Notes under the pieces: generated by a model
Told to the model about the DNA's origin: nothing
What the model saw: the letters and a program-made list of their open reading frames with translations, nothing else
Database searches by the model: none
Assembly: GCA_964503655.1 (NCBI GenBank)
Contig: CAZDAG010000007.1
Location: 7,713-71,712, forward strand
Direction: 5' to 3'
Origin: an uncultured Clostridia bacterium
Lineage (GTDB): Bacteria > Bacillota > Clostridia > Christensenellales > Borkfalkiaceae
Length of the DNA: 64,000 nucleotides
Shown: positions 25,616 through 34,096 of the stretch, one piece after another
Numbering within the stretch: position 1 is the stretch's first letter
How the letters are laid out: each line of letters starts with the position of its first letter
Position numbers and translations under genes: made by a program

Positions 25616-25690
25616 TGGGGTGTCGCCAAGCGGTAAGGCAACGGACTCTGACTCCGTCATTCGTTGGTTCAAATCCAGCTACCCCAGCCA
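25616..25690 (+). tRNA. tRNA-Gln (anticodon CUG), CCA encoded
   Basis: Hand-folded cloverleaf. The acceptor stem is TGGGGTG/TACCCCA, the anticodon stem ACGGA/TCCGT with loop CTCTGAC (U33, CTG, A37), and the T arm GTTGG-TTCAAAT-CCAGC. The discriminator is G, followed by CCA. Confidence 0.9.
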
Positions 25691-25932
25691 TTGTAAACCT
25701 AAATTGAACACATAAAAGAGTGTTTAGTTTAGGTTTTTTCTTTGCTTTTTAACGGCGGTTTATGCCGCAAAAGGCTATTGACTGGAATTGCGGTGTGTTA
25801 GGCTGTTGCGCCAAAGGCAAACCAAAACCCGACTGTTATCAGTCGGGTTGCTATGTTTCGCCCTTATTTGCCTACAAACACACCGCAAGAAAGGTTCCAG
25901 TCAATAGCACTGTGGAATAAATAGCCGTTTAT

Positions 25933-27429
25933 TTATATCATCATTTCAACGTAAATATTATGAGAATATAAATTCCCGTTAGCAAATGTATGTAAAATAA
26001 CAGTTTTTGAGTAAAAAATAAAGTCCTGATTTTCGTCATCAGGACTTATTCTTATAGGACAGTTATAATGAATTTGTATTTTATCGTCAAATAATATAAC
26101 TTCTTTTATCAGATAGTTTATAAGCATTTGCGGTTCAAGTTTTAATGCCTGTTCGTAATATTCTTTAAAATCACGTTCATTTAGTTTTACTGCCGATTTA
26201 CTGCGTTCTATTAGTATTTGCTTTTCTAATTCTTCCTGTCTGCTTTCAAGCTCTTTTAAACGTTTTGTGGTTGTAGGTGTCAAAACTCCGTTTTCAATAG
26301 CCGTCATTACATTTTGAATTGCTTTCTCGGTTTGCCGTTGTTCCTTTATTAGCGTGGTTAAAACCGAATTTAATTGTAATTGATTTTCTTGATATTCAAG
26401 CAGATATTTTACAATACCGTTTATAATTTGCGGTTTGCTTAACTCTTTGACAGTAGCTTCTATAATCACATTTTCAAGTTCGTCTTTACGCACCACTGAT
26501 TTTTTGCAACCGCTTTGACGCTTGCGCCCTAAACACTTATAATAACGTTTAACCTTTCCGTTCCTTGACGTACCTGTTTCTGCGCTTATAGAACTTCCGC
26601 AATAACCGCATTTCATTTTATGGCGTAATAAATAAACAGTTTGAACACTGCGCTTGCCGTGTTTATTTTTGCTTGCGATAGCCAACGCTTTTGCCATTAA
26701 ATCGTTAGATATTATCTGCGGATACATATTGTCGATTATTTCTTCGCCGTGCTTGTAAATACCTGTATATTTTTCGTTTTTCAAAATATTGTGAACTGTA
26801 CTTTTTTGAAACGGTCTGCCTTTATATGTAACGCCTCTTGCGTTTAAAGCTGTTATTATATCTTTAACGTAAACACCATTTGTGTATTGCTCATACATAT
26901 ATTTAACAACTTCGGCTTGAAATTCATCTATAACGATTTTTCTTCCGTCTAACTTATATCCGTAAAGTATTGCACCACCCTGATAGTTACCTTTTATCCG
27001 TGTTTCTTTCATACCCCTGCGGACTTTCTGTGATAACTCTGCTGAATAGTATTGGTTCATACCTTCAAGTAAACTTTCAAGAATAATGCCTTCGGGCGTA
27101 TCGGGTATATTTTCCATAGCGGATAAAACTTTAACGCCGTTGTTCTTTAACGTGCGCTTATGAATTGCCGTTGCGTATTTATCTCTTGAAAATCTATCAA
27201 GTTTATATACGAGAACGTAATTCCATTCTTTTCTTGCACTGTCTTTAATCATACGCTGGAAATCAGGACGGTTGTCATTTGTACCTGTCATTGCACGGTC
27301 AATATAAGTATCAAGAATAATAATTTTATTTCGTTGGGCGTATTCCTGACAAACTCTTAATTGTCCCTCAATGCTTTGCTCGGTTTGATTATCCGAACTG
27401 TATCGAGCATAGATGACTGCTGTTTTCAT
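25933..27429 (-). CDS. large serine recombinase
   Basis: 498 aa with an N-terminal resolvase catalytic domain (AVIYARYSSDNQ, LDRFSRD), a recombinase domain and a Cys-rich zinc ribbon (CGYCGS...YYKC), and a coiled-coil tail. Confidence 0.85.
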   Translation of the reverse strand: MKTAVIYARYSSDNQTEQSIEGQLRVCQEYAQRNKIIILDTYIDRAMTGTNDNRPDFQRMIKDSARKEWNYVLVYKLDRFSRDKYATAIHKRTLKNNGVKVLSAMENIPDTPEGIILESLLEGMNQYYSAELSQKVRRGMKETRIKGNYQGGAILYGYKLDGRKIVIDEFQAEVVKYMYEQYTNGVYVKDIITALNARGVTYKGRPFQKSTVHNILKNEKYTGIYKHGEEIIDNMYPQIISNDLMAKALAIASKNKHGKRSVQTVYLLRHKMKCGYCGSSISAETGTSRNGKVKRYYKCLGRKRQSGCKKSVVRKDELENVIIEATVKELSKPQIINGIVKYLLEYQENQLQLNSVLTTLIKEQRQTEKAIQNVMTAIENGVLTPTTTKRLKELESRQEELEKQILIERSKSAVKLNERDFKEYYEQALKLEPQMLINYLIKEVILFDDKIQIHYNCPIRISPDDENQDFIFYSKTVILHTFANGNLYSHNIYVEMMI

Positions 27430-27625
27430 AGTTTTTTAAACTCCTTTTAAAATAGATTTTTTATTTTGTCTTTCGACAAGGGGCGAACAAACGGAAAGCC
27501 ATAATATGGCGTTTTCAAATTGTGTTTCTGCTCTGCTGCAAGGGCTACGAAAGTAGTGCATTTTACCCTTGCAACAGAGTGGCTTTTCGTTTAAGCTCCG
27601 CCGGTCGTAAGACAAAATATTTCGG

Positions 27626-28528
27626 TCAGTTACTTTTCGGCATTTTCTCTATAATTTCGGGGCTGACCTTTCCCAAAATCTCGCCGTCTACAATGCAAGT
27701 AAAATTGTCTGCAAGTAATAACTTTCTATCGTCCACGCCGTAACCGCATAGCACATCTTCGTCCAAAATATCGCCGTTGAAATAGGTTGGTAATTTACCA
27801 CCGTAGATTAACCGCTCGCCGCTCTTTTCTATGTATTTGAGTAGGTATTTTACGGACTGTGAAATTTCTTCCTGCCGTCCTAACGGTTTAAAATCGTTTC
27901 TGCCGAATTCCTTTAAAAAGTGGGTATTCTGAAATGTGGTTTGTACCTTATGTTGCTTGGTGCTGTAATCTTTAACTTCCGTTATTTCGCCTATCATTTG
28001 CGGTATATAGAAAATGCCGTGAAAGTGTAGGCGTTGCTTTTCGGGGCTACGCTCGAATACGCCTATGTATTTCCAACCGTTACGGCTTACAGCGTGTTTT
28101 AGTGCGTTGCGTAATTTCTTTTCAAAACTCTTTTCGTCGTGCTTATCTTCCGAATAGGTAAAAGTTACAAAATAGTTCCAACTCTGCAAATTTACCTTGT
28201 GCCATAATCTTGAATACCGTTTTATTGCGTTAGTCTTTTTGCGCACGATATTGCTTTCTATAAATTCCTTTACTTGCTCGGCGGTTTTAAACTCGTCTTT
28301 CAGCTTGTCCGAAATATATTTCTTGCGTTCTCGCTTGGGTAGCTTTTGGCTTTCCGTATAAGCTGTTTCAAACTTGCCTTTGGGTGTAGGTGGGCTTTCG
28401 CCCTTTTTAATTTCTAACTGCTTGGGTTTAGGTTTTTTCCGTCTGCGCTGTTCGCTTGGAAAGTTCTCTTTCGGTATGGCTATATAATGACCGCCGTCCG
28501 AATATATTTTTGCATTTATATAGGGCAT
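27626..28528 (-). CDS. HUH rolling-circle replication initiator (superfamily 1 type, two-Tyr motif)
   Basis: Motif 1 FVTFTY, motif 2 HFHGIFY (HUH) and motif 3 VKYLLKYIEK (Y-x3-Y) occur in canonical order. I place the start at ATG 28528 (MPYINAK) because it follows AGGAG by 8 nt; the ORF track starts at 28573. Confidence 0.75.
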   Translation of the reverse strand: MPYINAKIYSDGGHYIAIPKENFPSEQRRRKKPKPKQLEIKKGESPPTPKGKFETAYTESQKLPKRERKKYISDKLKDEFKTAEQVKEFIESNIVRKKTNAIKRYSRLWHKVNLQSWNYFVTFTYSEDKHDEKSFEKKLRNALKHAVSRNGWKYIGVFERSPEKQRLHFHGIFYIPQMIGEITEVKDYSTKQHKVQTTFQNTHFLKEFGRNDFKPLGRQEEISQSVKYLLKYIEKSGERLIYGGKLPTYFNGDILDEDVLCGYGVDDRKLLLADNFTCIVDGEILGKVSPEIIEKMPKSN

Positions 28529-28592
28529 AAAATTTTCTCCTGATTTTGTTGATATTAAAACGTATGTTTGCATTTAAGGGTAAAAATATATG

Positions 28593-28733
28593 TTAATCGT
28601 GGTTTTCGGTGTTCGCTTTCAATTCCTTAATGTGTGCCAAAAGCGTTTCAAAAAAAGTATGCTGTTCGCTTTCGGGCAACGCTCTTATATCAGGCTCGCC
28701 GATAGTTTCTATTTTTAATTCCGTTTTTAGCAC
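28593..28733 (-). CDS. 46-aa hypothetical protein upstream of Rep (GTG start)
   Basis: Own translation: VLKTELKIETIGEPDIRALPESEQHTFFETLLAHIKELKANTENHD. AAGGAGGTGA lies 6 nt before the GTG. It is below the ORF-track size cut-off. Confidence 0.4.
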   Translation of the reverse strand: MLKTELKIETIGEPDIRALPESEQHTFFETLLAHIKELKANTENHD

Positions 28734-29541
28734 TTGTAATCACCTCCTTTTTTGTGCTTTATTTCGGGGCTATAATGGTTATATCTTTCAACCTAACAGG
28801 CTTCTTAGTAGGTTGAAAATTTTTTAATGTAATGCGGTTATAACGCTTAAACCTGAAACCTAATTTCCTGTTTGAAAAAATAATTCAAAAATTTTTTCCG
28901 TTGCGATATGGTTATAGCGGTTAAACAGGTCAGCAAATGAGCTGTTTTAATAAATTTTTCATTAGCAGTCTAACAGCCTAACTCGACACATAATGTCGTG
29001 TTTGATAAAATTCTTTTAACATTTAAAGTGGCAACCTACTTGCCACAATAAAAAACTTTTCATATCTTTTAGGACAACAATTTTTAAAAGTTCGTATTTT
29101 TGCAAAAAATAGTTTTGAAAAAACATCCTTACATATCTTTCAGTACAAAAATTTGCAAAAGTTAACCTTTTTGAGTGTGCAGAAAACCCACATTTGCAGA
29201 GCCAAAACCAAACAATTGCGTGCAAAGTTACTACAATACCCCACATTTGCGGACATAAATTATGTTTGCGTTCAAAGGGAAACTGCCGCGGAAAATAAAA
29301 AATAACCCTACGCAAAAAGCGTAAGGCTAAAATGAAAAAATGCCGCAAAGGTTACAGGGCGATTCGCCAAGCGGTTTAGCGGCGAACGCCCGTCCTTGCG
29401 GTATTCATTTCTTGCTTTTTATTAGGTTGTTTTATTTCGTGGCGGGTGCTTGAACGCGCGGCGTAGCCGCGCGCTCGTTTATTCAAGCACCCGCCACAGT
29501 GCCAAACAAAAATTAGGTGGTCTTTTTAGTGTGATAACCAT

Positions 29542-29570
29542 TTGACTTTATACACGATAGCGTGTATAAT
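29542..29570 (+). promoter_or_regulatory. consensus promoter of the methyltransferase/nuclease pair
   Basis: TTGACT, 17 nt, TATAAT (29542..29547 and 29565..29570), followed by AAGGAG and ATG at 29598. Confidence 0.65.
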
Positions 29571-29597
29571 GAGTTCAAACTATTTAAGGAGCATTTT

Positions 29598-30692
29598 ATG
29601 CTTGTCGCATTGTCTGAATATGCAAAATCTCAAAGTAGAAGTAGTGATACACTTCGACGTATGGCTGAAAATGGCTTGTTTAAGACAGCACAAAAAATAG
29701 GTCGTAATTGGGTAATTGATAGCAATGAAGTCTATCCTGTAAAGAAAAGAGTAAAGGCAAAAGAAAGTTTTTCCGTTATTTCCTTATTCTCTGGTTGCGG
29801 CGGTATGGACTTGGGTCTTGTCGGCGGCTTTGACTTTCTTAATAAACATTATGATAAAACAGGATTTGACATAATTTGGGCAAATGAAATTAACGCTTCC
29901 GCTTGCAAAACATATCGTAAAAATTTAGGCGATTATATTGTCGAAGGGGATATTAAAACAGAGATAGAAAACTTGCCCGATTATGCTGATATTATTGTAG
30001 GCGGCTTCCCCTGTCAAGATATATCAATAAATGGTAAAATGCTTGGTGTAAACGGTAAAAGAAGCAGTTTATATTCTTATATTGTTGAAGCAGTAAAGCG
30101 CGTACGCCCTAAAATTTTTATTGCGGAAAATGTCGGCGGCTTACTTTATAAGCAAAATGAATATTCTCTGAATAAGATACTTGAAGATTTTAATTCATTG
30201 GGTTACAATGTTGATTATGCTTTATATCACGCGGAAGATTACGGTGTACCACAAACAAGAGAAAGAGTAATCTTTGTTGGTACGCAAAAAGATTTACCGC
30301 GCTTTGTGCCACCGAAGCCTACTGTTAAATCTCCGATTACGGCAAAAGAAGCGTTACAAGACCTTGAAACTTTACCGCAGGATAAAGAATTTTCTCATAT
30401 TTGGAGCAATGCAAACGTTAGTGGCGAACAGGGCAATAGGCGTTTAATTGCCGATAGAGCAGGTTACACAATTCGTGCAGAATGCCACGGCAACATTCAA
30501 TTTCATTACTCTTTGCCGAGAAGAATATCAATGCGCGAAGCTGCTCGAATACAGTCGTTTCCCGATACATTTATTTTCCCTTGCGGTTTAAGGGAAACCG
30601 AACGGCAAATAGGAAATGCTGTCCCCCCTGTTTTGGCGTGGCACATAGCACAGCAAGTAAAATTAGTTTTAAGGAATAATAACAATGAATAA
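29598..30692 (+). CDS. DNA (cytosine-5)-methyltransferase with an N-terminal HTH extension
   Basis: Motifs I FSGCGGMDLG, IV GGFPCQDIS, VI AENVGGL, VIII QTRERV and X GNAVPP. The roughly 55-aa N-terminal region (SEYAKSQSRSSDTLRRMAENGLFKTAQKIGRNWVI) looks HTH-like. The start is moved to ATG 29598 because the upstream GTG lies inside the -10 box. Confidence 0.85.
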   Translation: MLVALSEYAKSQSRSSDTLRRMAENGLFKTAQKIGRNWVIDSNEVYPVKKRVKAKESFSVISLFSGCGGMDLGLVGGFDFLNKHYDKTGFDIIWANEINASACKTYRKNLGDYIVEGDIKTEIENLPDYADIIVGGFPCQDISINGKMLGVNGKRSSLYSYIVEAVKRVRPKIFIAENVGGLLYKQNEYSLNKILEDFNSLGYNVDYALYHAEDYGVPQTRERVIFVGTQKDLPRFVPPKPTVKSPITAKEALQDLETLPQDKEFSHIWSNANVSGEQGNRRLIADRAGYTIRAECHGNIQFHYSLPRRISMREAARIQSFPDTFIFPCGLRETERQIGNAVPPVLAWHIAQQVKLVLRNNNNE

Positions 30693-31707
30693 AACTGAAT
30701 TTGAAAATATATTAAATTTGTGTTGCGCAAAATTAACGGACGAAGCGCGAAAAAATGGTTTTAAGTCTGCAAGCCAATTTGAAAATAGAGTGCGTGAAGT
30801 TTTAGGCGAGTTGACGATAACGGAAAAATCATTTAGCGTTGATTTCAACCCCCATCCGCAAGCGTTTCCTGATATTGCTATGGGCGAATACGGCGTTGAA
30901 GTAAAATTTACGCTCAATGACACTTGGCGAAGTGTTGCAAATAGCGTTTTAGAAACACAGCGTATAGAAAGCGTAAAACATATTTATGTTGTATTTGGTA
31001 AAATGGGCGGAACTCCCGAAGTTGCTTGGGGAGAATATGAACAAAGTGTTATTCACGTCCGCACTTCTCACGTTCCGAGATTTGAAGTTGAGATTTCTCC
31101 TAATAAAGCAACAGTAAAAACGTCTTTATTTGAGCAAATGGGCGTACGTTATGACGATTTCAGAAAATTAGATATGCAAGATAAAATGCGCTACATTCGT
31201 GCCTATGCGCGTAAAATTCACCCTGACGGTAGATTATGGTGGATAGATAACGATAACAGCGGCACGGAACATACTACGCCATTGCAAGCAAGATTATATA
31301 CTAATTTATCAACGGAAGAAAAAATTAAATTACGAGCAGAAGCGGCTTTATTATGCCCGAGTATTGTAAAGTCGGGGCGTTGCAGGAACAAATATGACGA
31401 TATGGTTTTATACTTGATTACATATCACGGCGTATTATGCCACCAAGCACGAGATTTATTTTCTGCTGGCAGTGTCGCAAATCCTAAAAATGATGACGAA
31501 GGCGGTATTTATATCGAACGTGCATTAAAGTTAATTGAAGATGAAATGATAAAAGCGGCACAAACAATGGACGATGCGTTATTCGTAGAATATTGGGGCG
31601 AAAGTGTTGCACCTAACCAAAGAATTAAAAGGTGGCTTGAAAAGGCTGATTTACTTGCTCACGATTGGAAACCGTCTGAAAGTCTATTTAAAGGCAAAAT
31701 TTTTTAA
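30685..31707 (+). CDS. putative type II restriction endonuclease (PD-ExK)
   Basis: 340 aa that overlaps the MTase stop by 8 nt. The candidate catalytic motif is FPDIAMGEYGVEVKF (PD...ExK). Nothing else is recognised. Confidence 0.5.
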   Translation: MNKTEFENILNLCCAKLTDEARKNGFKSASQFENRVREVLGELTITEKSFSVDFNPHPQAFPDIAMGEYGVEVKFTLNDTWRSVANSVLETQRIESVKHIYVVFGKMGGTPEVAWGEYEQSVIHVRTSHVPRFEVEISPNKATVKTSLFEQMGVRYDDFRKLDMQDKMRYIRAYARKIHPDGRLWWIDNDNSGTEHTTPLQARLYTNLSTEEKIKLRAEAALLCPSIVKSGRCRNKYDDMVLYLITYHGVLCHQARDLFSAGSVANPKNDDEGGIYIERALKLIEDEMIKAAQTMDDALFVEYWGESVAPNQRIKRWLEKADLLAHDWKPSESLFKGKIF

Positions 31708-31840
31708 ACAGGGTGTTCAATTTACGTTCAGTATGGGCAGCCAAAAAGCCTTGTTTTTCGTGATTTCCGGCAAGAAATTACAGAAAAAACGGGGCTTTTT
31801 TTATGCGTTTTGCGTGTAACTTGCGTGTAAACGCCGACGA

Positions 31841-33122
31841 TTATATATTATAGTCGACCTTTTGCGCCTGTTCTTTCATAAACTCCGGCGAAAAATGCGT
31901 ATATACGTTGCTCGTCTGCGTGTTATCCGCGGCGTGACCCGCCCAAACAGATACGACTTCACGCGGAACGCCGCATTCCTGACACCGGGTAATGAACGTA
32001 TGCCGCAGCTCGTGCAGGTGATGCGCAGGCATTAATCGCTTCATTGCCTGTGTAAGTGCATCCGGGCGAACGTTGCGCAGCTCTTCGAGCTTGAAGGCGT
32101 GCATCCACGCGGCAAGCATTGGCGTTATCGGAATAAGGCGGCGTTTTTCTTGAAAGCCTTTCCGGACTTTTGCGCAGATTACCGAAACAAAGCCGCCTTC
32201 GATACGTGCGCTTGCAAGCTCGCTTCTTCTGATGCCCGTATAAAGCAAAAAAATAAGCGCGTGTTTAATTACGTTGTCGCACTTACTGACAGCAAGCAGC
32301 CGCAGGAACTCCCGCTCTTCTTCGGGCGTTAACGCAACGCCGTTCTGCTCTTCATACTGCGGCGGTCTAATAAAACGCATTGGCGAACGTTCGATAAGCT
32401 CTTCACCCAAAGCGAACTCAAATACAGCTTTTAACGCCTGATAAATCTTGTCTGCCGTCCTGTACTTCTTCTGCCCCATATAGCAGTTTATAAGCTCTTG
32501 GCAGTCTGACTGTTTAAGCTCGTCTATACCACGCCCGGCATAAACCGGGAAAACGTTTGCGCGGAATACGCTTTCGTAATGCTCGTAAGTCGTTGCCTTT
32601 ATTAACGGTTTCCGAAGTTCGAGCCATTGCGCGGCGACGTCGTTAAACGGCGGGCGCGGCGGTGCAGCTTCTTCGATAACAGGGACGGGCGGGCGTTTGC
32701 TTTTTGCCGGTTTGCCGCCGTTGCGTATATCCTGAATAAACTTGCGGACGGCTTCGTCCCTGTTCTTGGAAGAACCGAAGTACGAAACGCCGTCAATTTG
32801 CTTGCGTATTTCATATACGCCCGTTTCTTCACGGTAACTTATATTTTTTTGGTTTTCAAATTTATCTCTGAAATTTTTTGGCATTGCTTTAATCTCCTTA
32901 TCGGTAAAATAAAAGCCTGTGCCTTCTTCCTTGTCCTTGTCCCCCTTCTCCACACCCGGAAAGTAAAGTATTTTTCCGTCGGCGTTTTTTTACGTCTGAA
33001 TAGTTGCGCGTATTGTCGACCACCACGCGCAAGTCCGGCAGTTCCTGCGATAGCTCGCCGTAGAACTGTGTTAATTCTTGGATAAAGAAAAGCACTTTAT
33101 CCAATATGTCTTTGGTGTTCAT
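31841..33122 (-). pseudogene. tyrosine integrase split by a 1-nt frameshift in a homopolymer
   Basis: The catalytic part (31841..32953) has HELRHTFITRC and VYTH. The N-terminal 50-odd codons (MNTKDILDKVLFFIQEL..., ORF 32898..33122) lie in another frame and resemble the island-2 integrase N-terminus (MNQDKLLEVLNFITNV). The frames meet at the T7/A7 run at 32985..32991. Confidence 0.7.
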
Positions 33123-33176
33123 ATAAAAATACTCCTCTCAGCAATTTGCCTACGGAGTAAATTTTATCATTCATAG

Positions 33177-33656
33177 TTAGTCGGCTTTCTTATACTTTTG
33201 CAAAAACGCCCATAATTTCTCGGGGTCGTGAGAATTACGTACTTCTTGTAACTCTTCAAGCATTTTTTCGTTTTTCTCCGTTTCTTCCAAAAAACGATTT
33301 TCAATTAAATGTTTTACTAAATCTTGCGTATTTTTACTTAATTCACGATATAAACGTATAAGCATTAATTCTTCAACTGTAACTTCTCTATCGGTAATGG
33401 CTTGATTTGCGATTAGTTTTGAACTCTGCATAGTACCGCAAATTAAATCCATAGAAGTATCAAACAATACAGTAAGGCATTCCAATTGCCACAGCGTAGG
33501 CTCAGCTAACCCTTTTTCCCAAGCCCAAACTCTGCGTTTAGTTGTTTTGCAATATTTTGCTATGTACCCTATATCAAGTTTATTAAGTGTACGCAAAAGT
33601 TTAAAATGATAAGGTAAATTCATATAGTCAATGTGTTTATCCGCAAATTTTTTCAT
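33177..33656 (-). CDS. HTH domain protein (XRE-like), second gene of the leftward switch operon
   Basis: 159 aa. The N-terminal part is LNKLDIGYIAKYCKTTKRRVWAWEKGLAEPT and the C-terminal half is helical. Confidence 0.6.
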   Translation of the reverse strand: MKKFADKHIDYMNLPYHFKLLRTLNKLDIGYIAKYCKTTKRRVWAWEKGLAEPTLWQLECLTVLFDTSMDLICGTMQSSKLIANQAITDREVTVEELMLIRLYRELSKNTQDLVKHLIENRFLEETEKNEKMLEELQEVRNSHDPEKLWAFLQKYKKAD

Positions 33657-33658
33657 CT

Positions 33659-34039
33659 CTAATTCTCCTTTTTCTTAGGTTCACTCCCCGCAACGGTTGC
33701 GCGGAGTGTTTTTATTGTTTCATTTACAAGTTTTTTGCCGGCAGTATTGAGTTCTCTATAATCTTCTATAAGTTTGCGTTCTTCGGAAGAATAAGAAATT
33801 GAGCTCTCCCCCATCGGCGCCGCTGTGTGCGTTCCGAAGTCATCCACAAGTCCGAGAAGATAATCAGCAGATACACCAAAATATGTAGCTAATACGGCAA
33901 CCGTGCTGCCCGTCGGGTTGCGCGTTCCTTGCTCTAATGAACAAATACAAGTCGTTGTAAGTCCACAACCTTTTGCAACTTCTACTTGTGTTACGCCTTT
34001 TTCGGCTCTTAAATCTTTTAAGATTTCGCCAAAGCTCAT
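33659..34039 (-). CDS. XRE/cI-like repressor
   Basis: 126 aa with GVTQVEVAKGCGLTTTCICSLEQGTRNP, an HTH_3 pattern. It is divergent from the morphogenesis operon. Confidence 0.8.
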   Translation of the reverse strand: MSFGEILKDLRAEKGVTQVEVAKGCGLTTTCICSLEQGTRNPTGSTVAVLATYFGVSADYLLGLVDDFGTHTAAPMGESSISYSSEERKLIEDYRELNTAGKKLVNETIKTLRATVAGSEPKKKEN

Positions 34040-34096
34040 TTTTAAAACTCCTTACAAATAAAATTTTAAAAAAATTTTCATTTGTTTACTTGCAAT

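Larger units (their letters stand above)
25691..31800. mobile_element. putative nested element: serine recombinase, HUH Rep, C5-MTase/nuclease (boundaries approximate)
   Basis: This AT-richer block separates the tRNA att core from the tyrosine integrase and its arm-type repeats (31810..31830). The large serine recombinase gene sits at its left edge. No flanking repeats were found. Confidence 0.35.

Noticed and set aside
29016-29348. 110-aa minus-strand ORF in the AT-rich spacer
   Set aside because: It is a Phe/Leu/Lys-rich translation of AT-rich DNA containing the repeated TTTGC motifs. It has no RBS and no motif.
29350-29400. tRNA-like fragment (GGGCGATTCGCCAAGCGGTTTAGCGGCGAACGCCC)
   Set aside because: It resembles the D-arm of the tRNA-Gln (TCGCCAAGCGGT). 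But no anticodon arm, T arm or acceptor pairing can be built, so it is probably a simple hairpin.
31711-31775. Possible third, degenerate att copy left of the island-1 integrase
   Set aside because: Only GTTCAA.T and CAGCCA match the tRNA 3' segment, and the alignment needs several gaps. The nested-insertion model explains the layout without it.
32985-32991. Programmed -1 ribosomal frameshifting on the A-AAA-AAA heptamer of the integrase
   Set aside because: The catalytic frame is +1 (or -2) relative to the upstream frame, not -1. Classical -1 slippage on this heptamer would therefore not join the two parts. An indel or homopolymer error is more parsimonious.
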